The translations under genes were made by a program, and so were the position numbers. The notes under the pieces are model-generated. The model had not been told where the DNA came from, searched no databases, and saw nothing but the letters and a program-made list of their open reading frames with translations. From Candidatus Altimarinota bacterium (lineage in GTDB: Bacteria > Patescibacteriota > Gracilibacteria > BD1-5 > UBA2023), in assembly GCA_043769645.1 (NCBI GenBank), contig JAYVJC010000006.1, forward strand, positions 1-61,096: 61,096 bases of DNA. The letters run 5' to 3'. Position 1 is the stretch's first letter. Each line of letters starts with the position of its first letter. Below are positions 46,014 through 55,279 of this stretch, in pieces.

Positions 46014-47219
46014 TTATCCCACTTCAAATAAAACTCCGAGTTCTTGCTTCGTATTCGACTTGAGGATTCCCTGTGAGATGACTCATTCTCCGAATCTGCT
46101 CTTGAGCTTCACGAGTACATCAGAAACCCGCGTATTCTTTATATGTATAGTATCAGCGATATCAAATACTGATAATTGCTTCGGTGTAAATGAAGCCAAC
46201 TCAGAGAAGGTGACTCAGGTGGTTCTATAGGTAACTCACTTCGAGTATAGTGAATGGAATATCCCTTTGAGTACGTCAATCATCCGAGACCGATCGACAT
46301 GGACTTCTCCCATATCCACTGCTCTATTTGCATAGGTAAATTCCTTCGTCCTCAGAAGTACTCCTATCACTCGTGCTCACTGTCGTTCAGCGAGCATCGT
46401 CTCGTAGGCACGCTCGAAATTCATGAGGATTTGTCCCCAGAGAAAACGAGCATCGTCTGATATCATATGATTGAATGACCTCGTACATGCAATACTCTTT
46501 CTTTTCTTACTCGTGTCATGAGGCACCCAAGAGTCGACTCCGTGGAGTTCCAACCAGAGGTTGCTCCCATTCCTTCCGAGGATCTTACTGACATCCATCC
46601 CCTCCATCGAGTAGAAGTCATATACTGTCTTGATACTCACTCAGAGTCTCGCACTATTTCTGCGGGCGATATAGGGGATTTCTGTGACTGGAAGGGTCCG
46701 AAAGAGGTCTTCTATATCCGGTGTGTGGAAATCCACATAGGATCAGAAGGGTTTATTGAGATCTCCGAACATCTTCGCTCGGAGTCGAGTATTCGATATA
46801 CCTATTGATACGGGAATCCCGATATCGTGGTAGATTTCTTCCTTTAGCGACTCGGCGAAGTTATCATACCTTCCGGGAATATGGGTGAGTTCTACAAAGA
46901 GCTCATCGATCGAAAACACTTCTATATTGCCAAGTTTATCCGTGAGATATTTCATCAGTCTTTCAGAGACTTGTCGATACCAGGCATGGTCGGGGAGTCT
47001 CACAATGAGTTTTTTTCAGAGCATTCTTCGAGCTTCCCAGAGGGGAGTACCGACCCGGATTCCGAGCTTCTTGCACTCATAGCTCGCGGCGATAACGATT
47101 TGATCTCCTACCGCTACAAATTTCCCCTTGAGAGATGGATCTCTCAGGACTTCACACGACGCATAAAAACTATTGCAATCGATATGTGCATATATATGCC
47201 TTGAGGTATGAAAAATCAT
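46014..47219 (-). CDS. dinB: Y-family DNA polymerase (DinB/UmuC-like)
   Basis: Starts HIDCNSFYASCEVLRDPSLKGKFVAV, then ...SIDELFVEL... and ...VSIGISNTRLRAKM... Track ORFs 47016.., 46743.. and 46377.. are joined by TGA and continue to TAA 46014 (1206 nt). The ATG lies 2 nt after the lexA stop. Confidence 0.85.
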
Positions 47220-47221
47220 AG

Positions 47222-47803
47222 TTAACGATACTTACGCACAGAACCTGAGACAACTCAGAGGATTTCACACGGTCAATCAACTATTATTGGTGGATATTTT
47301 GGATTGGCAGGTATGAGTTTCAGTATATCTCCCTTTTTCTCGAAATATTTGAGTGTGACCTTACCATCGAGGGAGGCGATGACGATATCACCGTTGTTTG
47401 GATGGCGAGATCGATCGAGGATGACGATATCTCCCTCATGTATTCCCGCATCTTCCATGCTATCTCCCTTCACCTTCACGAAATAGGTACTGGCTGGATG
47501 TTCGATAAGATACTTCTCGAGGTCCATCTGAGTCGTCGGTTGTGTCTCGGGGGTAAAGGGCAGTCCTGCCCGTACTGACTCAAAGAGAGGATATCCTATC
47601 AGTAAATTCGAAGGTATATAGCTCTTATCTACCATTTCAAGCATACCATTTTCTAGGAGCTTCTGAAAGAATCTCCGTACTCAGGCAGCGTTCGCATACC
47701 TGAGAAGCTTACCCATCTGATCGAAGGATTGATACACTCATCCAGTACGAAAAAAATCACGAAGCGTATCGAGTTTTTTTGTGTAGTTTACATCTGGTCG
47801 CAT
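47222..47803 (-). CDS. lexA: LexA repressor (wHTH + S24 peptidase)
   Basis: Contains VRAG-LPF (Ala-Gly cleavage site), KGDSM (Ser nucleophile) and a downstream Lys in ...GKVTLKYF... The N-terminal wHTH-like region is reached through two TGA codons. 582 nt. Confidence 0.85.
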
Positions 47804-47829
47804 AGTTTGTATATATTTATATACAAACT
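47804..47829. promoter_or_regulatory. perfect 12-2-12 palindrome abutting the lexA start codon (candidate LexA operator)
   Basis: AGTTTGTATATA-TT-TATATACAAACT lies immediately 5' of the lexA ATG on the coding strand. Confidence 0.5.
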
Positions 47830-47833
47830 ATAT

Positions 47834-48019
47834 CTATATTGTGGTGAAAGTAAAGAAAATCGACTGAGAATTTTTGGTCGCTGACTCCTCTCCGTACATC
47901 GTGATATCTCCGGAATCTTCACCGAGAATATTTGACTTCGGACAGAGATCCATATAATTAGAGGCATGAAACCAGAAACTACTCTCATCCAAAAGCAAGA
48001 TGCGGGACTCCTTGCTCAT
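47834..48019 (-). CDS. small hypothetical protein upstream of lexA
   Basis: ATG at 48019 and TAG at 47834; 61 aa (MSKESRILLLDESSFWFHASNYMDL...). It is co-directional with lexA. It competes with a plus-strand reading frame that starts at the same CATG. Confidence 0.3.
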   Translation of the reverse strand: MSKESRILLLDESSFWFHASNYMDLCPKSNILGEDSGDITMYGEESATKNSQSIFFTFTTI

Positions 48020-48046
48020 GGCGTCGCCCCGTATGCACGCGTATAG

Positions 48047-48295
48047 CAAAACGCCCAGGATGGTGTCGCTAATATCCTTGGATTCAAGTCTTCAGGGAAT
48101 TTCGCAGCTACCGTAACTGGTGTCGGACTTGTCTCTCTCGCGGTTGCCGGAATTCTTGCTCCTCTACTCGCAGTTCCCCTGATGGGTGCGGCTACAGCAG
48201 TCACTACAGCAGGAATCGGATGACTGATAGAAAATGATATAACTAAACGTATTGCCAAATCTGACGAACCGAGAATCCGAACGTACAAAGTCTAA
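48047..48295 (+). other. Gly/Ala-rich transmembrane-like reading frame without a usable start codon (gene remnant, frameshifted gene or unusual start)
   Basis: Frame 2 reads ...NILGFKSSGNFAATVTGVGLVSLAVAGILAPLLAVPLMGAATAVTTAGIG-G(TGA)-LIENDITKRIAK...YKV* and ends 1 nt before a plus-oriented terminator. The only in-frame ATG is at 48182, and a TAG at 48044 closes the frame upstream. Confidence 0.25.
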
Positions 48296-48319
48296 TCCTC
48301 CTCGATGGGGGATTTTTTT
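48294..48319 (+). terminator. rho-independent terminator
   Basis: aatcctcc-tcgat-gggggatt followed by tttttt. Confidence 0.65.
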
Positions 48320-48722
48320 GGAGTAGGAATATTTTGAAAAAAATCGACTATGTTATGAATAGGGTGAAAATGAAAGAAACTATTTGAGTTTTTTGAGCCC
48401 TCGAAATGACTTTATAAGAAAAGTATCAGAAAATTATCGAACTCATCAAAGACCTTTACTGTGAGCCTACACTATGGGGGATGATGAAATAAGAGGTGTA
48501 CTATTACTTAGTACAATTATCAAACTCAAAATTGACGATGAAAAAAGGCTCTACATAAAGCAAAAAGAGCCCTTTCAGGCTCTCTCAGAGTGTATTTTTA
48601 CTTATGGCAGTACCGCAAGGATGCCTATCGGACTATTTTAATGAGATTTATTGAGACAATTAAGGGAGTAGATATGAAGGAAATAGAGAAACTACATTCT
48701 CTTTGTAAAAAGAAAATGTAAC

Positions 48723-48881
48723 CTATGCTACTATCTTGATAAAAAAATAATTTCTTGGTAATGATTTTTTTAGTCTTGCCCTAGTAGTAGGATCAGTCTC
48801 AGTTTTGAGAAGTTCTATCTTTTTCTTATAGTCTATTTCCGAGACTATGATGTTGTCTATGAGTTGATCGCGTTCTGTCAT
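48723..48881 (-). CDS. small phage hypothetical protein (52 aa)
   Basis: Its ATG overlaps the amidase stop (TAATG). It is the last gene of the lysis cassette. Confidence 0.3.
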   Translation of the reverse strand: MTERDQLIDNIIVSEIDYKKKIELLKTETDPTTRARLKKSLPRNYFFIKIVA

Positions 48882-49429
48882 TATTGTGCTTTAGGAGTAA
48901 GTTTTGATTGATAGTCATGCCAGCTTGTATATCCTTTTTCCCAGAAAGATTTTGCTATGTCTACTTTCCGAGTTTTACTCACACCATCCCATAACTGTTT
49001 TTTTTGGCTTCCTTGCCACGTGAGATCCGCGTGACGAAGTACGTTCTCCTTTGGAATGTTGAACACGGCCATCAGGTGTTCTATGAGTCTTTTGACCTCG
49101 AACCGTTGAGCATCCGTGAAGTCAGGTCAAATAGTCTCTATTCAGAGTGAGTGAAAGTTGAGTCCAGTGATACTTCACCAGTTACTCTGTCCAGCGTGCC
49201 AGCATACCATTTTTGGATCTGCGAGCTTGTATGAGGATCCATCACCGTCTACTATGAAGTGACACGATACTTCACTGGTCTTTGTGAGTCCGAGAAGGGT
49301 CTTGAGGTTCCCTCCGAGTGTACCTTGTACCGTCCCGGTATGGTGAACAATGATATAGTCGCATGTATTCTCTATTCACTTTGTGAAGTTCTTTTGCTGT
49401 GCGGATAAGTCTTGTTTGAATGGATACAT
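48881..49429 (-). CDS. N-acetylmuramoyl-L-alanine amidase (Amidase_2/PGRP-type endolysin)
   Basis: Contains DYIIVHHTG, CHFIVDGDG, CWHAGQSNW-G(TGA) and NFHSL-G(TGA)-IE. It joins track ORF 48881..49072 to upstream codons through 4 TGA. 549 nt. Confidence 0.8.
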
Positions 49430-49430
49430 A

Positions 49431-49631
49431 TTATGGGTAGTTATGTTCGTTGGCTTTTACGAGATCGAGCTCTTTGCGGATATCATGAATCTCGAAGAGG
49501 AGTCCATCGAGGATACATTTCATCGCTTTACGTTCTGTATCAGATACGACTTGAGAAGCCATAAAGACTTTATCGTATCGATGTTGGAAATGGAGGAGAT
49601 CAGCTTCGAGGAGTGATTTTCGGAGTAACAT
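49431..49631 (-). CDS. phage hypothetical protein (66 aa)
   Basis: Intact track ORF, packed between neighbouring genes. Confidence 0.45.
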   Translation of the reverse strand: MLLRKSLLEADLLHFQHRYDKVFMASQVVSDTERKAMKCILDGLLFEIHDIRKELDLVKANEHNYP

Positions 49632-49635
49632 AGGA

Positions 49636-49818
49636 TTATCTTAGGAAGTTATACCCGGCGAATACTTGGCCTGGTTCGAGTTGCCGGGCCTCGTCATCGT
49701 CTACATGTTTCCGCTCTGCCCTTTCGAGTACTTGCGTTGCCCGTTCCTCTGTCTGAGCCTTGAGAAAGCTCGCGACGTGTTTCGGGATTGTTCAATCTTC
49801 GTATTCGAGTGTTTCCAT
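49636..49818 (-). CDS. phage hypothetical protein (60 aa)
   Basis: ATG at 49818, one TGA, TAA at 49636; 183 nt. Confidence 0.4.
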
Positions 49819-49822
49819 AGGT

Positions 49823-50206
49823 TTAATGGTAATTGAAGTAATCTTTTCCACCGATCCGAACTGCGTAGTAGAATATGAGAGCTAGGAGGGTGTATTTTAT
49901 TACCGATATCCCTACCGCATTTTCTATATCTTCGATTATCCTTTTGAAGAACCCCATATCGCATTCTTTCCGTCTCGCCTCGTCACCGCCCTGCCAGTAG
50001 GTAAAATCGTGAATATTACAGTCCGCTTGCCAGAATACGAGTCTTAGGCGCTTGAGGCTTTGCAATATGATCCACCGTATGAGCCTGTTCTTTACTTGAG
50101 TTCCAGTACCACCGCACCCATTACATACCCCATTGACTCTGAGAAATTCCCACTCCCATTTCGTGAGGCTTTTATAGTCTCGAGATTTGAAGTCCTGAAG
50201 TGTCAT
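49823..50206 (-). CDS. phage protein with prokaryotic phospholipase A2-like motif, putative
   Basis: Intact 127-aa ORF. NGCGGTG is followed by CNIHDFTYWQGGD...CDMGFFKRI, which resembles the C-x-x-HD-F-x-Y active site of bacterial and viral PLA2 domains. Confidence 0.4.
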   Translation of the reverse strand: MTLQDFKSRDYKSLTKWEWEFLRVNGVCNGCGGTGTQVKNRLIRWIILQSLKRLRLVFWQADCNIHDFTYWQGGDEARRKECDMGFFKRIIEDIENAVGISVIKYTLLALIFYYAVRIGGKDYFNYH

Positions 50207-50520
50207 TATTTAGTAATACGTGTAAGGATTTCCTCGAGTTGCTTTGATTGATTCTCGAGCTTTTTAGAGTGTCATTCGTGCCAATTATTCGAGGTTTGGA
50301 TCTGAGTGATAAAGGTATCTGATATCTTCTTGAGTTCTTCTCGAAAGAATTGATTTTGTTCAAAGGAAATTGTTTTGAAGTTCGTAAGTACCTCTTCGAA
50401 TTTCAGAGCCATATAAGGGATGCCTTTGAACATAAACCCAAAGAACGTTCCTACAAATAAGAGTCCTATTATTCAGTTCTGTGAGAGTAGTTGAGATGCG
50501 ATATGGTCTATTGATTCCAT
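50206..50520 (-). CDS. holin-like single-TM phage protein
   Basis: ATG at 50520 with two TGA codons. TM helix IIGLLFVGTFFGFMFKGI followed by a charged coiled tail. Its stop overlaps the next ATG (TAATG). Confidence 0.4.
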
Positions 50521-50548
50521 TATTGATTAAGTGGTTAGTTATAAGTAT

Positions 50549-51349
50549 TTATAAAAAAGACAAAAAAGAAGTATTAGCAGATGATGCTGTCGATGAAACC
50601 ATAGTAAATGTACCAGAAGAAGTAAAAGTATGTATAGTCTGTCATCAACTTGAGGTTATGGTTCCTCAAGTTGAAGTAGGAGACACTCCATCACTTCAAT
50701 TAGTAGCGTAAGAAATAATAACTATTCCTGATCATCCTGTTCCTCCAGTTCAAGCATTAGCACCTCACCCTCATCATCCAAGTCAATTTGTACCATTTCC
50801 TGCGGTTCAAAAGTTTGCAGCTCATGTACCTCAACCTCAAGTTCCTCAAGCCCCTCCTCCACCGTTTCCTCACCCTCACCCTCATCCTCAATAAGTCACC
50901 GCACTTCCACTAATAGAGTAACTTATCCCATTTCCTCAAGCACTTCATACGTTAGTTCCAGGTGTCGAAGACGCTGATCACGCACCTCATCATCCTGCTC
51001 CACTTCACGAACCTGTATTTCAGTTCGCTCCAGCGTTTCATTGTCCTCCAGTTCATGAAGCTCCTGTGGAAACACTTCACCATCCTCATCCTCATCCAGA
51101 TCATCCAGTTTGAGCGGAAAAAGCTGAATCAGAACCTCACCTTCATCACCCTATTGCGGTAAGTGAAGAGAATACAGAGTTAGTCCCACTTACGTGTGGT
51201 ATTCCTCAAGTTCCCACGGTTATAGAGTAGGATTGTGGAGTTACTGTAATTGAAGCTGAGTATAAAACTCCTCATGCTCCACCTCATCCAGGAGCTGAAT
51301 CCCCTCCTCATCCTCATCCCGCGACTACCAATGCTTTTACTGTTGCCAT
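50549..51349 (-). CDS. glycine-rich phage protein (tail-fibre-associated glycine-rich domain type), 266 aa with 40 TGA codons
   Basis: All 267 in-frame triplets were checked: no TAA or TAG before 50549, and 40 TGA codons. Starts MATVKALVVAGGGGGGDSAPGGGGAGGVLY, continues ...ITVTPQSYSITVGTGG..., and ends ...GTGGSGIVIISY... No minus-strand ORF is reported here by the standard track. Confidence 0.75.
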
Positions 51350-51350
51350 A

Positions 51351-51869
51351 TTATATATTTTGTCAAATAATATATCCTTGATAGATTCAGGCAGAAGTAC
51401 AAATAAAGCCAAAAGTATCTATTTTACTAGCTGTTGTGGTAAGAGTTGGCACAGTACCTCACACCCACTTAATAGTATTAAACCAGGTTACTGTTCGACT
51501 TCCAGTAGCATCTTGTATAAGGTCTATTACTATCTTGTCTCAAGGTAATATATTGTTTAATGCCAGAATTCTATTCCCCCCAAGAGTTACTCGATGGTAG
51601 TCTCATACATTCTTGTCAAACGTTATAGTTGCCCCGTCAGTATCTGTTACTATAGCACCCTTGATACTCGCAATTATTGGAGTAGTAAGTGTTTTATTCG
51701 TTAGAGTTACTGCTCACGTAGTAGTTACATAAATAGTATCAAAAACCCCTTTGAAGAGGTTATATATTCCTTGCCACGTCGTACTTCCAGCAACTCCACC
51801 TTGAGAAGCTGGAACTACGTCAGTTAATGCAGGAGTTGTGATGGTTGGTAGATTTGGAATTGTTGGCAT
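51351..51869 (-). CDS. phage fibre/receptor-binding-like structural protein (hypothetical)
   Basis: ATG at 51869 with 6 TGA codons; TAA at 51351, frame checked. Thr/Gly-rich beta-type sequence. It lies 1 nt upstream of the glycine-rich gene. Confidence 0.55.
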
Positions 51870-51874
51870 CTTTC

Positions 51875-52285
51875 TTAGAGGTTATCAGATACAGTCAAAG
51901 TGATCGTGACATTTCCTGTGGTATATGCAGTGATTTTAAACCCGATCCACCTGAGAATTGTCTGACGAGTATTGATCATATATTGCTTTGTTCCATCACT
52001 CGCACCAGAGTATACAAGACCTGTAGTTCCATTGAGAGTCGTGTTTGAATCTAGATCGATGATCTGCACAGGTGCATACTGATTTGTAGCAGATGATGCT
52101 ATAGTAAAGTCTGGCTTTGTTTCCTGAACTGATCCTAGAACCTGGACGGTAAGATTAGCAGAACCTGCTGCAGTTATTGCAAAGACTCCATTGATATAAT
52201 CTTGAAGTTGTATTGTTTTTCCACCAATGAGACCGAGTGTAGAAGCTGTCGAGAATGCGGTTGTTTGTACTTGTTTGACGGACAT
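51875..52285 (-). CDS. phage structural hypothetical protein (136 aa)
   Basis: Intact track ORF with a beta-rich Thr/Ser/Gly composition, downstream of the capsid gene. Confidence 0.5.
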   Translation of the reverse strand: MSVKQVQTTAFSTASTLGLIGGKTIQLQDYINGVFAITAAGSANLTVQVLGSVQETKPDFTIASSATNQYAPVQIIDLDSNTTLNGTTGLVYSGASDGTKQYMINTRQTILRWIGFKITAYTTGNVTITLTVSDNL

Positions 52286-52347
52286 ATGTGTATTTGTTAG
52301 AAAATTATTTCCTTCCTCCCCTCTCGAAAGAGGAGATAGGAAACAAC

Positions 52348-52758
52348 TTATATTGCGTTAGCAGTAGAGTTGGTATCAAACTGGATGAACTTACACGTCA
52401 CAGTCGCTACACCCGCACCTGTACAGGCACCAACAGTAGAAGATATGGAGATAAATTTTGTTCCAGCAGGGACAGTGACTTTTGAGCCTTTTACTGTAGC
52501 AGTCCTGAGATCTACTACAGCATTTGCACCGAGTCCAGATATGACAGTCGAGTAGAAGATCACACCATCTGCCTTGAGCTGAAGGTTTGTTCCTGTAGCA
52601 AGACCTGTGGCATCTGTACGGACAACGACCTCATCAAGGAGGAGACCGTTACCGATACACTGGATGATGTTGGTATCAGAAGTCAGGATGGCAGATGATG
52701 TAACATCTTTCTGCACCTGGAATGTACCGAATCCAGTTGAATTTGGAATTGTAGCCAT
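52348..52758 (-). CDS. phage structural hypothetical protein (136 aa)
   Basis: Intact track ORF. It is followed by the hairpin cctct-cgaa-agagg (52320..52333) in the 62-nt gap. Confidence 0.5.
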   Translation of the reverse strand: MATIPNSTGFGTFQVQKDVTSSAILTSDTNIIQCIGNGLLLDEVVVRTDATGLATGTNLQLKADGVIFYSTVISGLGANAVVDLRTATVKGSKVTVPAGTKFISISSTVGACTGAGVATVTCKFIQFDTNSTANAI

Positions 52759-52777
52759 GGGATTGAAAGATTAGAGA

Positions 52778-53785
52778 TTAAACACCTGTACCGTTTGAGA
52801 ACTTGACCCAACGACCTGATACAACAGCCATGATGATAGATGCGTGAGCACCGAATCTCCAGTTTTCTGTTGAAAAGTCTTCACCGTTATTTCCTTCGGT
52901 AGGAGTCTTGAGATATGGAGCCTCAGCAACACCAAATTGAAGTTGAGAGTTTGCGCTTGAAGCGATTCCCCAATATTTTGCCTTGGTAGTATCTGGAGCA
53001 CCAGTTGCAGTAGTAGCGACGAGAGGAAGAATGACGTGAGTCATACCGCCCTTATAGACGTTGTAGGCACCAGCATTTTGAGATGTTGGATTTGCAGTAG
53101 AGTTGAGAAGCTCTTGAACCTGATTGATCGTGTTGCGGTCATCAGTTGTCCAGATAATATCAAACTTCATAGTGAGCTTGAGACCGATATTGTTATAGGT
53201 CTGCTCAACTGCAACCTTTTGAGCTGCTTCGAGTGCACCCTTAGAGAAGAGTGGATTTGAAGGGATGATGTTTGAGTAAGTCGTAGACGAACCAGTGAGG
53301 GCGTGAGACGTAGAAGCGAGAGCGACGTTGTCACCAGTCGTGATATCGACGAGCTTTCCTTCTTGGGTTGTATAAGAAGTAGAGTATGCGAAACCAAAGC
53401 GGTGAGAGAGGTCGAGCTCCATACGAGCTGTACACACTTGAGAGAGATCAGTGAGTTTCTGAACGACATCAGCGTTTTTGTTGAACTTTCGTTCCTCAAC
53501 GGTGATGGCGATTTCGAGACCGATACGGTAGATAGACGCTGCCTTTTCAAGACCGTATTGAACGACTGATTGAGCAGTATTATCACCTTCATCCTTGATA
53601 CGAGCATAGATGTCGCGATCAGGAAGTTCGGCAAAGATTCGACTTTGTCCTGTTCCGAGTGGAACTGGAACGTTTTTCACGAGACCTGATTTCATGAAGT
53701 TTTGATCCACGGTGTCAGGTCATGCGACGAATACGCGATTGACCACATCAGTGAGTTGTGGCATCGTAATGGTAGAGAGTTGCAT
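52778..53785 (-). CDS. major capsid protein, putative
   Basis: 335 aa. Track ORF 52778..53710 is extended through one TGA to ATG 53785. The call rests on its size and its position after the scaffold-like and small head genes and before the fibre genes. I did not verify the fold. Confidence 0.6.
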
Positions 53786-53811
53786 ATGTATTTGTATTTA
53801 TAGAATTAAAA

Positions 53812-54309
53812 TTATGCTGTGACAATGTTCGGCATCGCAAATGTACCAATTCCACGAGTCGTAGAGATGAATCCACCATTCGGAGAGATGATAAATTGGT
53901 TACCATTCGTTGCGACTGCGACACCTGTAGCTGATGCAAGCGCACACGTGCGTCCTTGCTGTGCAGCTGAGTGTGTACCAGAACCAACGGTGAAGTAACA
54001 GCGAGATACACCTGGAGTTTTTGGCACCCAAACTGATTTCATTTTTCCAGCTGTTGCATAGTCTGCATCAGTAGAAGCGATTGGTTCAGCGAGAATACCT
54101 GCAAAGTTTTGACCGTTTGCAAAGGTCGTAGTTGCTGCAGTGACATACCCTGTTGGGTTTGAAGCGGTTACTTCAGTCATTACTGCAGAACCATCAGCGA
54201 TAACAACAGAGGCTTTCATAGGCATTTGCTTGAGAAGCCATTCTCCCTCCATAGGGTAGAAGTTTTGCGTTTTGTTCGCTCGGTTGAGAGGAGTGATTAC
54301 GGTAGGCAT
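53812..54309 (-). CDS. phage head-associated hypothetical protein (possible decoration protein)
   Basis: Intact 165-aa ORF immediately upstream of the capsid gene. Confidence 0.4.
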   Translation of the reverse strand: MPTVITPLNRANKTQNFYPMEGEWLLKQMPMKASVVIADGSAVMTEVTASNPTGYVTAATTTFANGQNFAGILAEPIASTDADYATAGKMKSVWVPKTPGVSRCYFTVGSGTHSAAQQGRTCALASATGVAVATNGNQFIISPNGGFISTTRGIGTFAMPNIVTA

Positions 54310-54339
54310 ATTTGTATATGTATAAAGAAATAATTGGGA

Positions 54340-54726
54340 CTATTCACCAAGGACTCTGCGGAAATCAGAGAGACGAACACGAGAAGCTTTTATCTCAGCA
54401 GGCTCATCACCTGTCATGCCAAATGCGGTTGCATACGCATCCATTTCTTTGTTCTTTATGGATTGAGCCAGCTTTCGGCTGATCATGTCCATGCGGAAGA
54501 ATTCTACATCGTGAGACTCGCATATAGATATGAGGTCTTGGACGATATGGAACTCGATGAGATCTGAGTACGCAGAAGGATCGAGAGACTCTTCTGTTTG
54601 GTTGTATGAGAGGTTTTTATCTGTGAAGATTGCTTCTGTACCGTCTTCGAATGAGACGAGAGAGCTTGGTATTTTTTGACCATCCAGAGGAGTGATCGTT
54701 TTTATTTGTTTGTCTCCGATGAACAT
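54340..54726 (-). CDS. phage hypothetical protein (128 aa)
   Basis: Intact track ORF ending in TAG. Confidence 0.45.
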   Translation of the reverse strand: MFIGDKQIKTITPLDGQKIPSSLVSFEDGTEAIFTDKNLSYNQTEESLDPSAYSDLIEFHIVQDLISICESHDVEFFRMDMISRKLAQSIKNKEMDAYATAFGMTGDEPAEIKASRVRLSDFRRVLGE

Positions 54727-54737
54727 AGGGTGATTGA

Positions 54738-55271
54738 TTAGTTGATATAAAGTTCAGGAACCTCGAACTCTCCGTGAGGAGTATTTTTGAACGTCCAGAA
54801 TTTGTGATTCTTCATGATCTTTTCCACTCCCTTATTGTTAAATGTGAGTGTGTCCATTCGGACATCGTTGATCTCGTGAAGCTCAAACCCTTCTGACCAT
54901 TCAAGAAGTTGCGTATAGAGGTCGTAGTCGACTTTCTCAGTTTCTCAGTCACTGAATGTGAGGAGGACTTCGTGCAGGTTGATATACTTATTCGTGACAT
55001 TATTTTTGACAGTCTGCATTGCGACAGTTTCCACTTTCACAATAGGTTTTCCGTTGTAGATTTTGTAGCGAAACGACCAGAGTGGTCATGCGTATTTCTC
55101 CTTGCTTTTTGTATTGGTATTGATGGTTCCGTTTTCCTTGAGTTCTTGATTCTCTTTTTCGAGTTTTGCAAGTCTTTCAAGGATTTGTGCTTGGAAGTCG
55201 TCTTTTTTAGGGACTCCAGGCGTATTTTCCTGACTATTTGTTTGTGTAGTTGTTGGGTTTTGCTTAGCCAT
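54738..55271 (-). CDS. phage hypothetical protein (177 aa)
   Basis: Track ORF 55086..55271 continues through TGA at 55086 and 54945 to TAA 54738, checked codon by codon. The N-terminal part is a coiled-coil. Confidence 0.5.
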
Positions 55272-55279
55272 ATATGATA

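Noticed and set aside
45970-46230. 86-aa plus-strand ORF after the sigma-like gene, considered as a possible missing sigma region 4.
   Set aside because: It is antisense to the C-terminal part of the Y-family polymerase gene, whose frame runs continuously to 46014. It has no helix-turn-helix-like sequence.
48016-48288. 90-aa minus-strand ORF (MYVRILGSSDLAIRLV...).
   Set aside because: Its composition looks like the antisense of a Gly/Ala-rich membrane frame. The adjacent terminator is oriented for the plus strand.
50481-51548. Plus-strand track ORFs 50481..50711, 50962..51162 and 51360..51548, and a Pro/His-rich plus-strand frame (about 50727..50892).
   Set aside because: They are antisense to two fully open table-25 genes (50549..51349 and 51351..51869) that fit the phage gene order. 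The Pro/His richness is simply the complement of Gly (GGN/TGA) codons.
51875-52758. Two adjacent phage genes of identical length (136 aa) considered as paralogs or as a DGR variable/template pair.
   Set aside because: The two sequences do not align convincingly by eye. No reverse transcriptase or template-repeat-like DNA duplicate is present in the window.
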